The notes below the pieces were generated by a model, which saw only the letters and a list, made by a program, of their open reading frames with translations, was not told the DNA's origin and did not search any database. A stretch of 63,863 nt of DNA, the filler included, from Octopus bimaculoides (Eukaryota): assembly GCF_001194135.2 (NCBI RefSeq). It is 6 parts of 5 records of this genome, joined end to end, with 100 filler letters (N's around TTAATTAATTAA, not from the genome) between each part and the next. Parts side by side here need not be neighbours in the genome. Positions count along the whole stretch, not along the records: positions 10,880 to 36,759 come from NC_068993.1; 5 more parts are not named here. One strand, given 5' to 3'. Positions 11,312-23,000 of the stretch are shown here, piece by piece (the stretch's first letter is position 1; each line of letters begins with the position of its first letter). The position numbers and the translations under genes are program-made.

Positions 11312-12924
11312 GCTGGAGCAGTGAATCCAATCAACTTGAAAGGTGTCTTCTAGATTCAACACCAGTCCTGACAGTAGCGCCTGTCAGACAATTAAAAGTT
11401 GGTGTGGGAGAAGAAGAAGAAGAAGAAGAGGAAGAGGAAGAAGAAGAAGAAGAGGAAGAAGAAGAAGAAGAGGTAATGTTTTTAAACAAAAACAAAATAT
11501 AATAATATTTAGATGAGAACCAAATTTCTTTTTTTGCTGTCTCTGTTGCAAACCAGAATTTGTCAATTTTAAATAGAAATTAAAAATGAAGTTCTGGTCC
11601 AGCTTTTGCACAGTTTTTTTCTCAAGTGTGTTTCTATTCTTTCATCAGATTCTATAATCTATATTCATTTTCAACTGAAATAATAAAAAAATAAATAAAA
11701 ATCAAATAACTGACAGCAGCTATTGTATATGTNNNNNNNNNNNNNNNNNNNNNNNNNNNNNNNNNNNNNNNNNNNNNNNNNNNNNNNNNNNNNNNNNNNN
11801 NNNNNNNNNNNNNNNNNNNNNNNNNNNNNNNNNNNNNNNNNNNNNNNNNNNNNNNNNNNNNNNNNNNNNNNNNNNNNNNNNNNNNNNNNNNNNNNNNNNN
11901 NNNNNNNNNNNNNNNNNNNNNNNNNNNNNNNNNNNNNNNNNNNNNNNNNNNNNNNNNNNNNNNNNNNNNNNNNNNNNNNNNNNNNNNNNNNNNNNNNNNN
12001 NNNNNNNNNNNNNNNNNNNNNNNNNNNNNNNNNNNNNNNNNNNNNNNNNNNNNNNNNNNNNNNNNNNNNNNNNNNNNNNNNNNNNNNNNNNNNNNNNNNN
12101 NNNNNNNNNNNNNNNNNNNNNNNNNNNNNNNNNNNNNNNNNNNNNNNNNNNNNNNNNNNNNNNNNNNNNNNNNTATATATATCATCATCATCATCATCAT
12201 CATCATCGTTAGCATCATTAATGACAATGATCATTGTGTATGTATGCCTCTATATATATATATATATACATATGCATACATATATATATGTATATATGTG
12301 TATATATATATATGTATATATATACACGTATATATATATATATATATATACACATACACACATACATGCATACACACACACATATAGATACACGCATACA
12401 TATACATATATGTATATACATGTACACATGCACACATACATATATATGTGTGTGTATGTATGTATGTATGTATGTATTAAATGCTTCTTACAACATACAT
12501 ATATAAATGTGTGTTTGGGTATGTATTATGTGTGCGTATAATGTGTACTTTTTCTTCATTTGTAAACACCTTTATCAACACACACACACACACACATACA
12601 CACACATCCTCACCATGGTGGGAGGGAAGGGTGAGCAAGAAGGGACAGGTAAACAGAAGATCAAGTAACAGGAGTGAGAGAGAGAGAGAGAGAAATGTGT
12701 GTGAAAGGAGAGGAATGAGTAATAAGTGAAGGGGTTAGATATGCAGTGGGATTGAACCTGTGACCACATGGTTATAAATGAAGCTTCTCGACGTCACAGC
12801 CACAATTGCACTTTTATATTTGATTGGAATTAACCTAATTAAGCCAATCAAGGCAGAATGGAATCAGTTCTGAATGACCTGTTCCATTTGTTCAGAGAAT
12901 ATCTTTCTTTCTCATCTTTTATCT

Positions 12925-13085
12925 CTCTAAAGTGTTTCAGTTGTTAGGCTGTTGCCATGCTGGAGCACCACATTGAAGAATTTGGGTTCAAATGAATCAG
13001 CACCAGTATTTCTGTTCTAAGTCTGGTACTTATTCTATTAGTCTCTTTTGCCAGACTGCTAAGTCATGGGGACATAAACACATAT
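12925..13085 (-). mobile_element. SINE family A, 3' part (head fragment at about 12735-12810)
   Basis: Reverse complement of the GGTGCTCCAGCATGG...ACTGAAAC tail also seen at 37345-37385. Confidence 0.7.
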
Positions 13086-13363
13086 TCATACATTTGAACA
13101 AACCTGTTAATGGCTGGCATATGGCTTAATGAATGACCGTGAGTGAGTGAGTAATCAATCAAAGGCCACTCAGACATTAGTCATCCTAACACATTAGTCA
13201 CAGTGACATATGTTGATGGACAACTTCTGCCACATGAAGCCCATTAGCCATGTTAAATATTAGCCATGTCTGCAATTAAAGTCTTGTTCATTAATCATAG
13301 AATAAATGGGAGTCATGAGGTCGACTACAGAATCAACCTCCATGCAGTACTTAATACGTACTT

Positions 13364-13417
<54 letters not shown>

Positions 13418-13427
13418 NNNNNNNNNN

Positions 13428-13479
<52 letters not shown>

Positions 13480-14072
13480 GTTAATATCCTGATAGAAGTT
13501 AGTTTACAGATGGTTTAATAATATGATAGTGAGAAGTTACTCCTAGAAAATCTTTTCATGCAGAACAAATATGAAAAAAACAAAAAAACAAACAAGAAGA
13601 CTGATAACAAGACATTTCCCTGTAAAGAATATTTTGGTAAAGCAGCCAATATACGAGACCGAAATTCTGTAACTTGTTTCTTGGGATGAGCATTTGGTGT
13701 AATATATGCACAAATGTTTTGCTTGTACAGTGATCTTTCATCTCAAGATTCTGATTATGTTCTCAGTGAACCGAATATAAGAAGAAATGCTGCGGAACAA
13801 GTGCCAAATGCTAGCATGGACTGAGATATTAATAGAATCAAGGAGTTTGGTGGTTTCAGTTTCAAAAAGAAGTTGTTTTTCCTGAAGTGGAATAATATAA
13901 AAGGCAAATGTAACATAGTATTAGATGCTGCCAACCATTAGAAATCTGTGAGGAATTAAAGACAAAAGGGTTGATAGTTTAGGACAGGTGTGGGAGTAGG
14001 GGCAGGGAAGCATTAGAATAATTATGGTAATATATTAACTGACTTAAATTGAGGGAATAATAAACTTGACCT

Positions 14073-14113
<41 letters not shown>

Positions 14114-14194
14114 ACGTGTGTGCATGTATATATATATGTAGATATGTACCTGTATGTATACGTGTAGCTGTATTTATATTCAATATGCAAGCTA

Positions 14195-14405
14195 CTTGGT
14201 GACCCCTGCTGGTGCTGGTGTCACATAAATATCACCCACTACACATTGTAAAATGGTTGGCATTAGGAAGGCCATCGAGCCACAGAAACCATGCCAAAAC
14301 AGACAAACAGAGCCAGGTTCAATTCTCTGGGTTACCAGTTCCTGTTAAACCATCCAACCCATGCAAGCATGGAAAACAGGCATTAAATGATGATGATGAT
14401 GATGT
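14195..14405 (+). mobile_element. RTE-LINE 3' UTR-derived repeat ending in (GAT)n
   Basis: GTTGGCATTAGGAAGG...CCAACCCATGCAAGCATGG...TTAAATGATGATGAT. Other copies at about 19950-20140(-), 20720-20845(+), 23835-24178(+), 36155-36235(+), 61300-61590(-) and 63385-63863(-). Confidence 0.8.
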
Positions 14406-15703
14406 GTTGTTCTCAGATTTGGAGATCAAGACTAATTGTGATGTATCCTACAGGTTACAGAGTACATATATCTTGTTACTGAGTCTGTGAATGTCCTTAG
14501 GAAGTTAATTCCATGCTCAGGACTTTGAAATGGTTTTTTTTCTCCATCCACAGGATTCGTTTATTCCAGGCAATTTTATATCTAACCTCTCAATATTGAT
14601 AGTCTTATGCATCTGTTTTCCAAGGAATCTGTTAATTATACCCCTGCCTGGTGAAAGACACAGTTTCCATTACATTCTGTAGTGAAAGAATCGCTTCACA
14701 ATAACATCACACACACCAGAAAATGACACTAAATCTTTACTCTTTCACATAATTCATAATTCATGTGAGCATTTGTTGAGCACTTTTGGTGCAAAATACT
14801 TTGCTAAGATTAATCATGATGTACTCTGTATTTTCTTGAGTATTTATGGTTTATAGTATTTGGAGAGAAAGAGAGGTGGGGGCGGAGGGATGTATGCTGC
14901 ATGTTGTTATAAATTGGAGATAAATATTTTAGCAAATCAATAGTGGAACTTACATATGGTCATTGCAATAACAATCAAAACATCTGTTGTCATTAGTCAA
15001 TGTTATTAATTAAAAATCATGAATCCCATCAAAAAGAGAAATTATTTATTGGTTCATTATTATTTGACATACCTTCACTGCACATGTTGTAAACTGAACT
15101 TCCTCATGAGACCTATTTCCAGTAAGGACTGAGTCTTTGAGTGTTAAGTGTTGGTTGGGTTTCTTGCAGAAACACAGATCAGTACTGGTGATGGGATATG
15201 AAGTGTATGATAGTGAATTCATTAGAACATTGATTGTTTTTTAATCAATTTAGATTTATGGTAAGCAACATGGTCGAAGAGCTTAACATGACCAAACTGC
15301 TCTCCATGTTCTCTTCACTGAGGATCCATCTGGGTTGATGGCTCATGTTGGCTGACCACATGGCTCATGGTCACAGCAGATGAGTATCTTACAGAGATGG
15401 GACTGATTGGGACTCTGCTTGACAGGTCAACTAAAAGGACCCAGAAAAATACCAACAAACGGTGAATGCAGCAACATGTTACAATGATGCATACAGTGGT
15501 GCACACTGTGGCACATGCAGTGGTGGTGCATGCCCTCACAATTCCTTTTAATTTGTAATTTGCCTCCCTCCCTAACACAGGGCAATTCTAATAATGAGAA
15601 GTGAACTGTACAACAACAACAACCAACTTAACCAATTCCTAATTTGCTTCTTTTCTGCAATAAATTTAGATAAAACAACTTTTCTGTGAAGCTGTTTTCA
15701 AAG

Positions 15704-15992
15704 CTATTTGCTTCTATTTGATTCTATTTGCTTCTATTTGATTCTATTTGCTTCTATTTGATTCTATTTGATTCTATTTGCTTCTATTTGATTCTATTTG
15801 CTTCTATTTGATTCTATTTGCTTCTATTTGATTCTATTTGCTTCTATTTGATTCTATTTGATTCTATTTGATTCTATTTGCTTCTATTTGATTCTATTTG
15901 CTTCTATTTGATTCTATTTGCTTCTATTTAATTCTATTTGCTTCTATTTGATTCTATTTGCTTCTATTTGCTTCTATTTGATTCTATTTGAT
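15704..15992. repeat. 10-bp minisatellite CTATTTG(C/A)TT, about 29 copies
   Basis: Read directly; two variant units are interspersed. Confidence 0.95.
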
Positions 15993-17070
15993 AAACTTCC
16001 ATGTTTTGAGGGAGAAGACACCACACACAGGCTTCTGTCATGTGTGGTGATTATTGTATGTCAGGTGACTAAGAGGTGCTTTATTCTTAAGGGAAGGAAA
16101 AAAAAAAAGCTGCCTACTGAAGTGTGCTGATGCAATGTAATATGTATGTAGGTGAAAGAGGATTAAGACAACAAAGTCTGCTGACAAGTTCTGTAAATGC
16201 AAAGCAACTCACAGCCAATTGTGAAGACGTCCAAATAACTTTTGAATGTCACTGTATTGTGAGTTGGTTTTTAAATTGAAAACGTTTGAGTTGAAAAGAC
16301 AGGTGAAAATAGTTCACGAATTGTTTACAGACTGTTGTAAATGACTTGCTAAGGTCGAACAGAATAAAACAAATGCTTTCTGCCTGGCCAACAAATGTGA
16401 TACCTTTCATACATTGCCCTAACGTAATTTCACAGATGACATTCCCCTGCTCAGGTAGAAAGAACATTTGACCTTCTTCAACAATGTTCTAATTGTTGTC
16501 AGAAATCACTGCAATAAAATTAACAACTGCTGTAATAACAGATTTCAGTTTTTTTTTCTTAATATCAACTTGGAAACCAAACATAAAACTTAACAACATA
16601 TTTTTGCTGCATATAACACTAAATAACAATTATATTGAATGACATAAAGACCGGGTCTCTATGTGGTCCCTCAATTTGCTTGAAATAATAGCTACCTTGG
16701 CTGGTACTTATTGACCCCAAAGGGATGGAAAGCAAAGTTGATTTTGGTGGGGTTAGAACCCAGAAAGTTGTGAAATGGAACAAATATCACAATTTTTTTT
16801 CATTTTGTTTTTCTTATTCATTTTCTTTACACATTTTTAATGTAATCCCACACTGTATTTGTCTGTACCACTCATAATCGTTTTTGTCAACCTTTGTGGT
16901 TAATAAAGCATAGTAACAACAACAACAGCAACAACAACAGATATTAATTATTGTCATTATTATTATTTTCTCTTTATCACAGGTTTTGTTGGAGATCCTG
17001 GAGTTTTGTATGCGTAGCGGGCCTACTACCTGCAGCCTACAGTATCCTGCTATTTGTTCTTTGCAGCTAA

Positions 17071-17116
<46 letters not shown>

Positions 17117-17119
17117 CAT

Positions 17120-17791
17120 TGCCTTTGCACAGCTTCTAACGCTGGAGATGTACTATGGTGTCAGCTGTTCACTACCAGTGAACTAAAGTAACACCTCTTA
17201 TTTTTCGAGCACCTTTTGGAATAATTGAGCAGTTCCAAGCTGTGCTGTTTTCCACAAGTGATCCACCCTTATTGCAGCCCCTATTTGTTCCACGTACTTC
17301 TCAAGAGTTTTACTCACAGTTCTCAGGGTTCCGACAATTATTGGTACTACTACCACCTTTTTCATCGACCACAACTGCTTCACCTCCCAAGCTAACCTGT
17401 CAGCGACTTTTCTTTCTTCCTTATCGCATACCTTTTTGTCAGCTGGGCATGCTATGTCTATGATCCAGCATAGTTTGTTTCCTTTCTCAATTAAGACTAC
17501 GGCTGGCGTCCTATTCTCTGTCTCATGGTCGCACTGAATCATAAAATCCCATAGGATATTTGCATTATCATTTTTCGATAATGCCTTCGGGTTTGTGGTT
17601 GTACCAATCTTTAGCTCTATCAAGTCCATACTTGTTGCAAAGTCTCCAATGCACAAGCCTGGCTATATTGTCATGGCATCTCTTATATTCCTTCTGGGAT
17701 AGTGGCATACATTGGCTGGTAATATGCCATATGGTTTCACCATTTTGTCCACAGATTCTGCACTTATCACTTTCTGATGTATTGTCTATTC
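17120..17791 (-). mobile_element. R4/Dong-type LINE 3' portion with CCHC knuckle and REL domain, (TAA)n on both flanks
   Basis: KCRICGQNGETIWHITSQC (C-x2-C-x7-H-x4-C), HDNIARLVHW, ILWDFMIQCDHETENRTPAVVLIEK..IIDIACPAD, LGTAQLFQKVLEK*. Confidence 0.9.
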
Positions 17792-17828
17792 TATTATTAT
17801 CATTATTATTATTATTATTATTGCATCA

Positions 17829-17992
17829 GTTGTGGCGTGCAAGAGAGACGATTGCGCTGGTATGGACATGTGGTGAGAATGGAGGAGGATAGCTGCGTGA
17901 AAAAGTGCCACACCCTAACAGTTGAGGGAACCCATGGAAGAGGTAGGCCCAGGAAGACCTGGGCTGAGGTGGTGAGGCAAGACCTTCGTACA
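17829..17992 (+). mobile_element. RTE-clade LINE ORF2 C-terminal fragment
   Basis: VQERRLRWYGHVVRMEEDSCVKKCHTLTVEGTHGRGRPRKTWAEVVRQDLR; runs into a gap. Confidence 0.92.
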
Positions 17993-18685
17993 NNNNNNNN
18001 NNNNNNNNNNNNNNNNNNNNNNNNNNNNNNNNNNNNNNNNNNNNNNNNNNNNNNNNNNNNNNNNNNNNNNNNNNNNNNNNNNNNNNNNNNNNNNNNNNNN
18101 NNNNNNNNNNNNNNNNNNNNNNNNNNNNNNNNNNNNNNNNNNNNNNNNNNNNNNNNNNNNNNNNNNNNNNNNNNNNNNNNNNNNNNNNNNNNNNNNNNNN
18201 NNNNNNNNNNNNNNNNNNNNNNNNNNNNNNNNNNNNNNNNNNNNNNNNNNNNNNNNNNNNNNNNNNNNNNNNNNNNNNNNNNNNNNNNNNNNNNNNNNNN
18301 NNNNNNNNNNNNNNNNNNNNNNNNNNNNNNNNNNNNNNNNNNNNNNNNNNNNNNNNNNNNNNNNNNNNNNNNNNNNNNNNNNNNNNNNNNNNNNNNNNNN
18401 NNNNNNNNNNNNNNNNNNNNNNNNNNNNNNNNNNNNNNNNNNNNNNNNNNNNNNNNNNNNNNNNNNNNNNNNNNNNNNNNNNNNNNNNNNNNNNNNNNNN
18501 NNNNNNNNNNNNNNNNNNNNNNNNNNNNNNNNNNNNNNNNNNNNNNNNNNNNNNNNNNNNNNNNNNNNNNNNNNNNNNNNNNNNNNNNNNNNNNNNNNNN
18601 NNNNNNNNNNNNNNNNNNNNNNNNNNNNNNNNNNNNNNNNNNNNNNNNNNNNNNNNNNNNNNNNNNNNNNNNNNNNNNNNNNNNN

Positions 18686-18731
<46 letters not shown>

Positions 18732-18986
18732 GTGTGTGTATGTGCATATATATGTATGTATGTATGTGTATGTGTATGTATATATATATGCATATATATA
18801 TGTATATATATATATATATGCATATATATATATATGCATATATGTATATATATATAGGCATCTATTTATCTATCTATCTATCTATCTCTGTGTGTGTATA
18901 TATGTATGTATGTATAAATATATTTATACATATATATGTATCTGTTTATCTATCTATCAATCTATACGTATACATCTATTTATACG

Positions 18987-19117
<131 letters not shown>

Positions 19118-20228
19118 GTGTTTTTGTGTATGTATGTGATTAAGCTACGTGAAAAATGATAGTGTTAATGATAGTGTTAATTAAAATTGAAAATTTTCTT
19201 TTCTGTGTTTTTTTTTCCCTTTTCTGTGACATTCTTGTCATAGTTGGTTGAGTGAAGAGAGAATGTAAACAAGGTTTTGGTTAATTTGGGTAACCCTGTC
19301 AAAAACCGAGAGAAGCAGCAGAAACACAACGACAACAACAACAAAGAAAGATGAAGAAAGAGAGAAACAATAAGGAAAGAGAAGAGAAAAAAAAAAAGAA
19401 GGCGAAATGTAATGTTGAATAAGAAAACTTTGTGCAACATATTTATTTCCTAATCGGAACCTTGTCTGAAAATTTTGTCACCTAAACAATGGTAAGATGG
19501 CAGCAAAGTACAAAGAAATGTGATATCAATTCTGACATCTTGGATCACAAGAATTGTGTGACGTCACATGTCACTTCTCCACTCTCCCTCCTTCTTCCCC
19601 CCTCTCCCCCCCTCTCTCTCTATGTTTTGGAAGTTTGGAATGAAGAAATATGGCAAAGGTTATGTATTGGATGCCAGTTAATGTATATCAGATTTTTGTT
19701 GACTGTACTAACTCACCCACTTGTACATACACACACGTACATGCCCAGACACACTTGCACACACACATACATACACACACAGATAGGTACTCATATTGAT
19801 ACCCATATATAGTCATACACAGCAAAATATTTCATGAACAAAGGCATACACACATAGAACATGTACACATACATAGTTACATACATATTTATGAGTGTGT
19901 GTCTGTATACATACATACATACATACATACATAAGCACATATATATATATATCATCATCATCATCAACATTTAATGTCTGTTTGCCATGCTGGCATGGGT
20001 TGGACAGGTTGACAGGAAGTGGCAAAGCGAGGGGCAGCACCAGGTTCCATAGTCTGCTTGAAATAGTTTCTACTGCTGGATGCCCTTCCTAACACCAACC
20101 ACTTTACAGAGTGTGCTTGGTGCTTCTTACATGGCACCATACATACATACATACATACATACATACATACATACATACATGCATAAATGCATACATACAT
20201 ACATACATACATATATATATATATATTT

Positions 20229-20266
<38 letters not shown>

Positions 20267-22284
20267 AAACACACAAATATACCACATATACTTATGCAAA
20301 AATTAGCTAAATGTTAATTGATATCTATGAAAAGTATATAAGTGTATTAATTGCAGGAACAATACATTTCAACCTGTGATCTGTCTTACAAAAGGAATTT
20401 TCCCAGGTATATATATATAGTAATTAACGCAAAATTCTGTCTGTCCGTCTGGGACCCCAGTATCTCAGTCTACATTCTCTCTACATAGAGATATTATACC
20501 TTTTTGGAATCAAGATGATCCTAGGATTGAAAATCAGTCTTTCATTTAGTTCTTGGATATCCAGCATTGGGATCTGATTTAAAAGCATTTCAGTTGCTTT
20601 TTCTAATAGCTATAGCTTGGCTGGTTTAAGCTATCTTGGTTGGCGTTTGTCAGATGATGTCAGAGGTCAAGGGGGGAGATAAATGATGTTTGCTTCATTA
20701 ATTTTACACTGATATAAGAACAGCTGTGGAAAACCATGCCAAATCAGACCAGAGTCTGGTGAAGCCTTCCAGTGTGCCAGCCCAGTCAAACTGTCCAACC
20801 CATACCAGCATGGACGACGGACGTTAAATGATGATGATGATGATACATGTAGATGTGTGTGTATGCATATATATATGTGTATAGTGGAGAAGCTAGAGCA
20901 TGTGCCACTTGAGGCAGCCCTTGACTTGGCTTGATTTCCATTTCCCCAGCCTCTGAGCCTCTTCAGGCTTATACAGCTGACCCAACTATGTCTGTCCCAT
21001 AAAAGCATTGCCCAGAGAGGCCCATCTCCCCCCCCCCCATCGCCTAGGTAACTCTGATTAGGTATATATATATGTATGTATTATGTGTATTGTTTTCTAA
21101 TGGTCAGACAAACAACTTTAGCATTTGTCTGACCATAGGTCAATCAGACTTACATGAAATTTTGAGTTAGATAACATTGTCTGTTTGTATGATTTTTATA
21201 AAACTATATTTTATATTTCAGACAACTTTAAAGATGAGATCTGATGGTCTCAGATACAGCAGAAGCCACAAATAACATGGAATCTGCTGTTGTCTCTTTG
21301 ACGCCATTGCAAATGAAATGATTGGCCAGAAAACAAAGATGCATTTTAGCCAGAGCCCTTCCTTGCTACAAAAAGGATTTTGTTTCAGCATTGATGGAAT
21401 TGATGATGTTGAAATGAAATAGCCACTGTTAATAATAGGCTGCATAAAGATAGTACTAGACATACCTATAGGCTTGGGTGGCTGTGGACCTCAAGACTTA
21501 GCAGGGAAGGGCTCTGGCTAAGGTGCATCTATAATTCCAACCATAAGTCTGGGAGGGGAGTGGATAAAGCTGAGAAGTTGAAGAGTCTAGGGTGTCATTT
21601 TTTTAAAATTTGGTTTCATATAAGGGACTTTGTAAAAATTGAACCAGTAATATAATGGAGATACATTACTGAACACTTATCTCAAGTGTTAATATATCTA
21701 CAAATGCCACCAACTAAAATGCAATGAAACTAGGAAGAAGAGAAATACTGTCCTGTGTATCAGATTACATTTATATCACTATTTTTCAAGTTCTTTGATG
21801 GAATTTCTCTCCTCACTGATTGTATCAAAATTTCTAGAAGGAAATTCTTCTACAAATACAAGAAGCATTTTTCTAACCACATCCAGCTATCCATTTCTTT
21901 ATAGGCACCAAAAAGATCCTTATTTTCTATGAAATGATCTTATTATTCTCCAGAAAGTTTCCATGTAAATATTTCCAAGACTAACGAATTTTTAATTTCG
22001 CCAAAATGGACGCTTTATTTGAAATCAATATCTCTCAAAACCTCCTTGATTTGAGCTCCCAGAAAATCTCCTGCTATTGAACCCCAGGAAGACCCCCGCC
22101 CCCACTAGTGGCCATTATCAATACATTTTGGAGCTAGTGTAGCAGGAGTTATCTCCCACTTGCAATAAATATGTGAGAAGTGCCCTGGTTAAACCAGCGG
22201 CGGGTGGGGGTGGGGGAGATGTCTTCCTGGGTTAAATAGCAGAGTATCTTCATCTCTTAGAGGACGGTTACATTAAGGTGACCA

Positions 22285-22690
22285 TTACCAATGCTCTTGT
22301 TTGGGTTGTATTATTTGGATCGATAGTGTCTTGCGTAGGATGTGGGCTGTTCCTAGTTGGGCTATCTTTTGGAAAGTACGTGGTGTTGAGGGTCTAGGTG
22401 TAGCTTCTATGTTTTTGTTCATATGTTTTTTTTTTATCATATCCAGTGCTCCAGTTATTACTGGTATTGTTTCCATCTCCATGCCCCATATCTTGAATAT
22501 TTCAGTTTTGCGGTCTTTGTACTTTGACAATTTCTCCACTTCCTTTTGGGCAATATTTTGGTCAGAAGGGACTGCAATGTCCATCAGTAAGCAAGTGTTT
22601 TTTTTTTCATGTGACAGTTGTTTAAATGTTTTGCAAAGTTTCAAGACGCAGGAATCAGCCAAACATCTGATTTCCTCAAGAAATGTCCAC
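22285..22690 (-). mobile_element. R4/Dong-type LINE REL 3' fragment
   Basis: TCLLMDIAVPSDQNIAQKEVEKLSKYKD...LGTAHILRKTLSI. Confidence 0.88.
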
Positions 22691-23000
22691 GTTTCCTTTT
22701 CTTCCCACACTGACATAAACTCTGATCACATAAGCACCCTTTTCCAGTCCCTCTCCTCAAATTCCAGACATAATTCCTCTCCGCCTCACTCCATATCTCT
22801 GTCCTTCTTCCATATAAACCGATCATTCACTCATTTCAACAACATAACATGGCTCACCTGCCAACTAAAACAGCGACAACTGTTTACACAACCTGCTTTC
22901 ACCTTTCCAGCCAACAAAACATTCACAAATTTTATTATTTTCTCCTTGTCAAACGAGAAATCTATATTTGTTCCATTCCACTCCAGAATATATACTCAAT
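22690..23000 (-). mobile_element. Heavily decayed RTE/L2-like reverse transcriptase fragment
   Basis: Broken frames resemble EDW..A.I.P.YK...YRGISLL and RYGV.....LY....VRV segments of LINE RT. Confidence 0.4.

Noticed and set aside
13719-13815. Terminal-exon-like frame DLSSQDSDYVLSEPNIRRNAAEQVPNASMD*
   Set aside because: The acceptor is plausible but there is no homology or linked upstream exon, so it is indistinguishable from chance.
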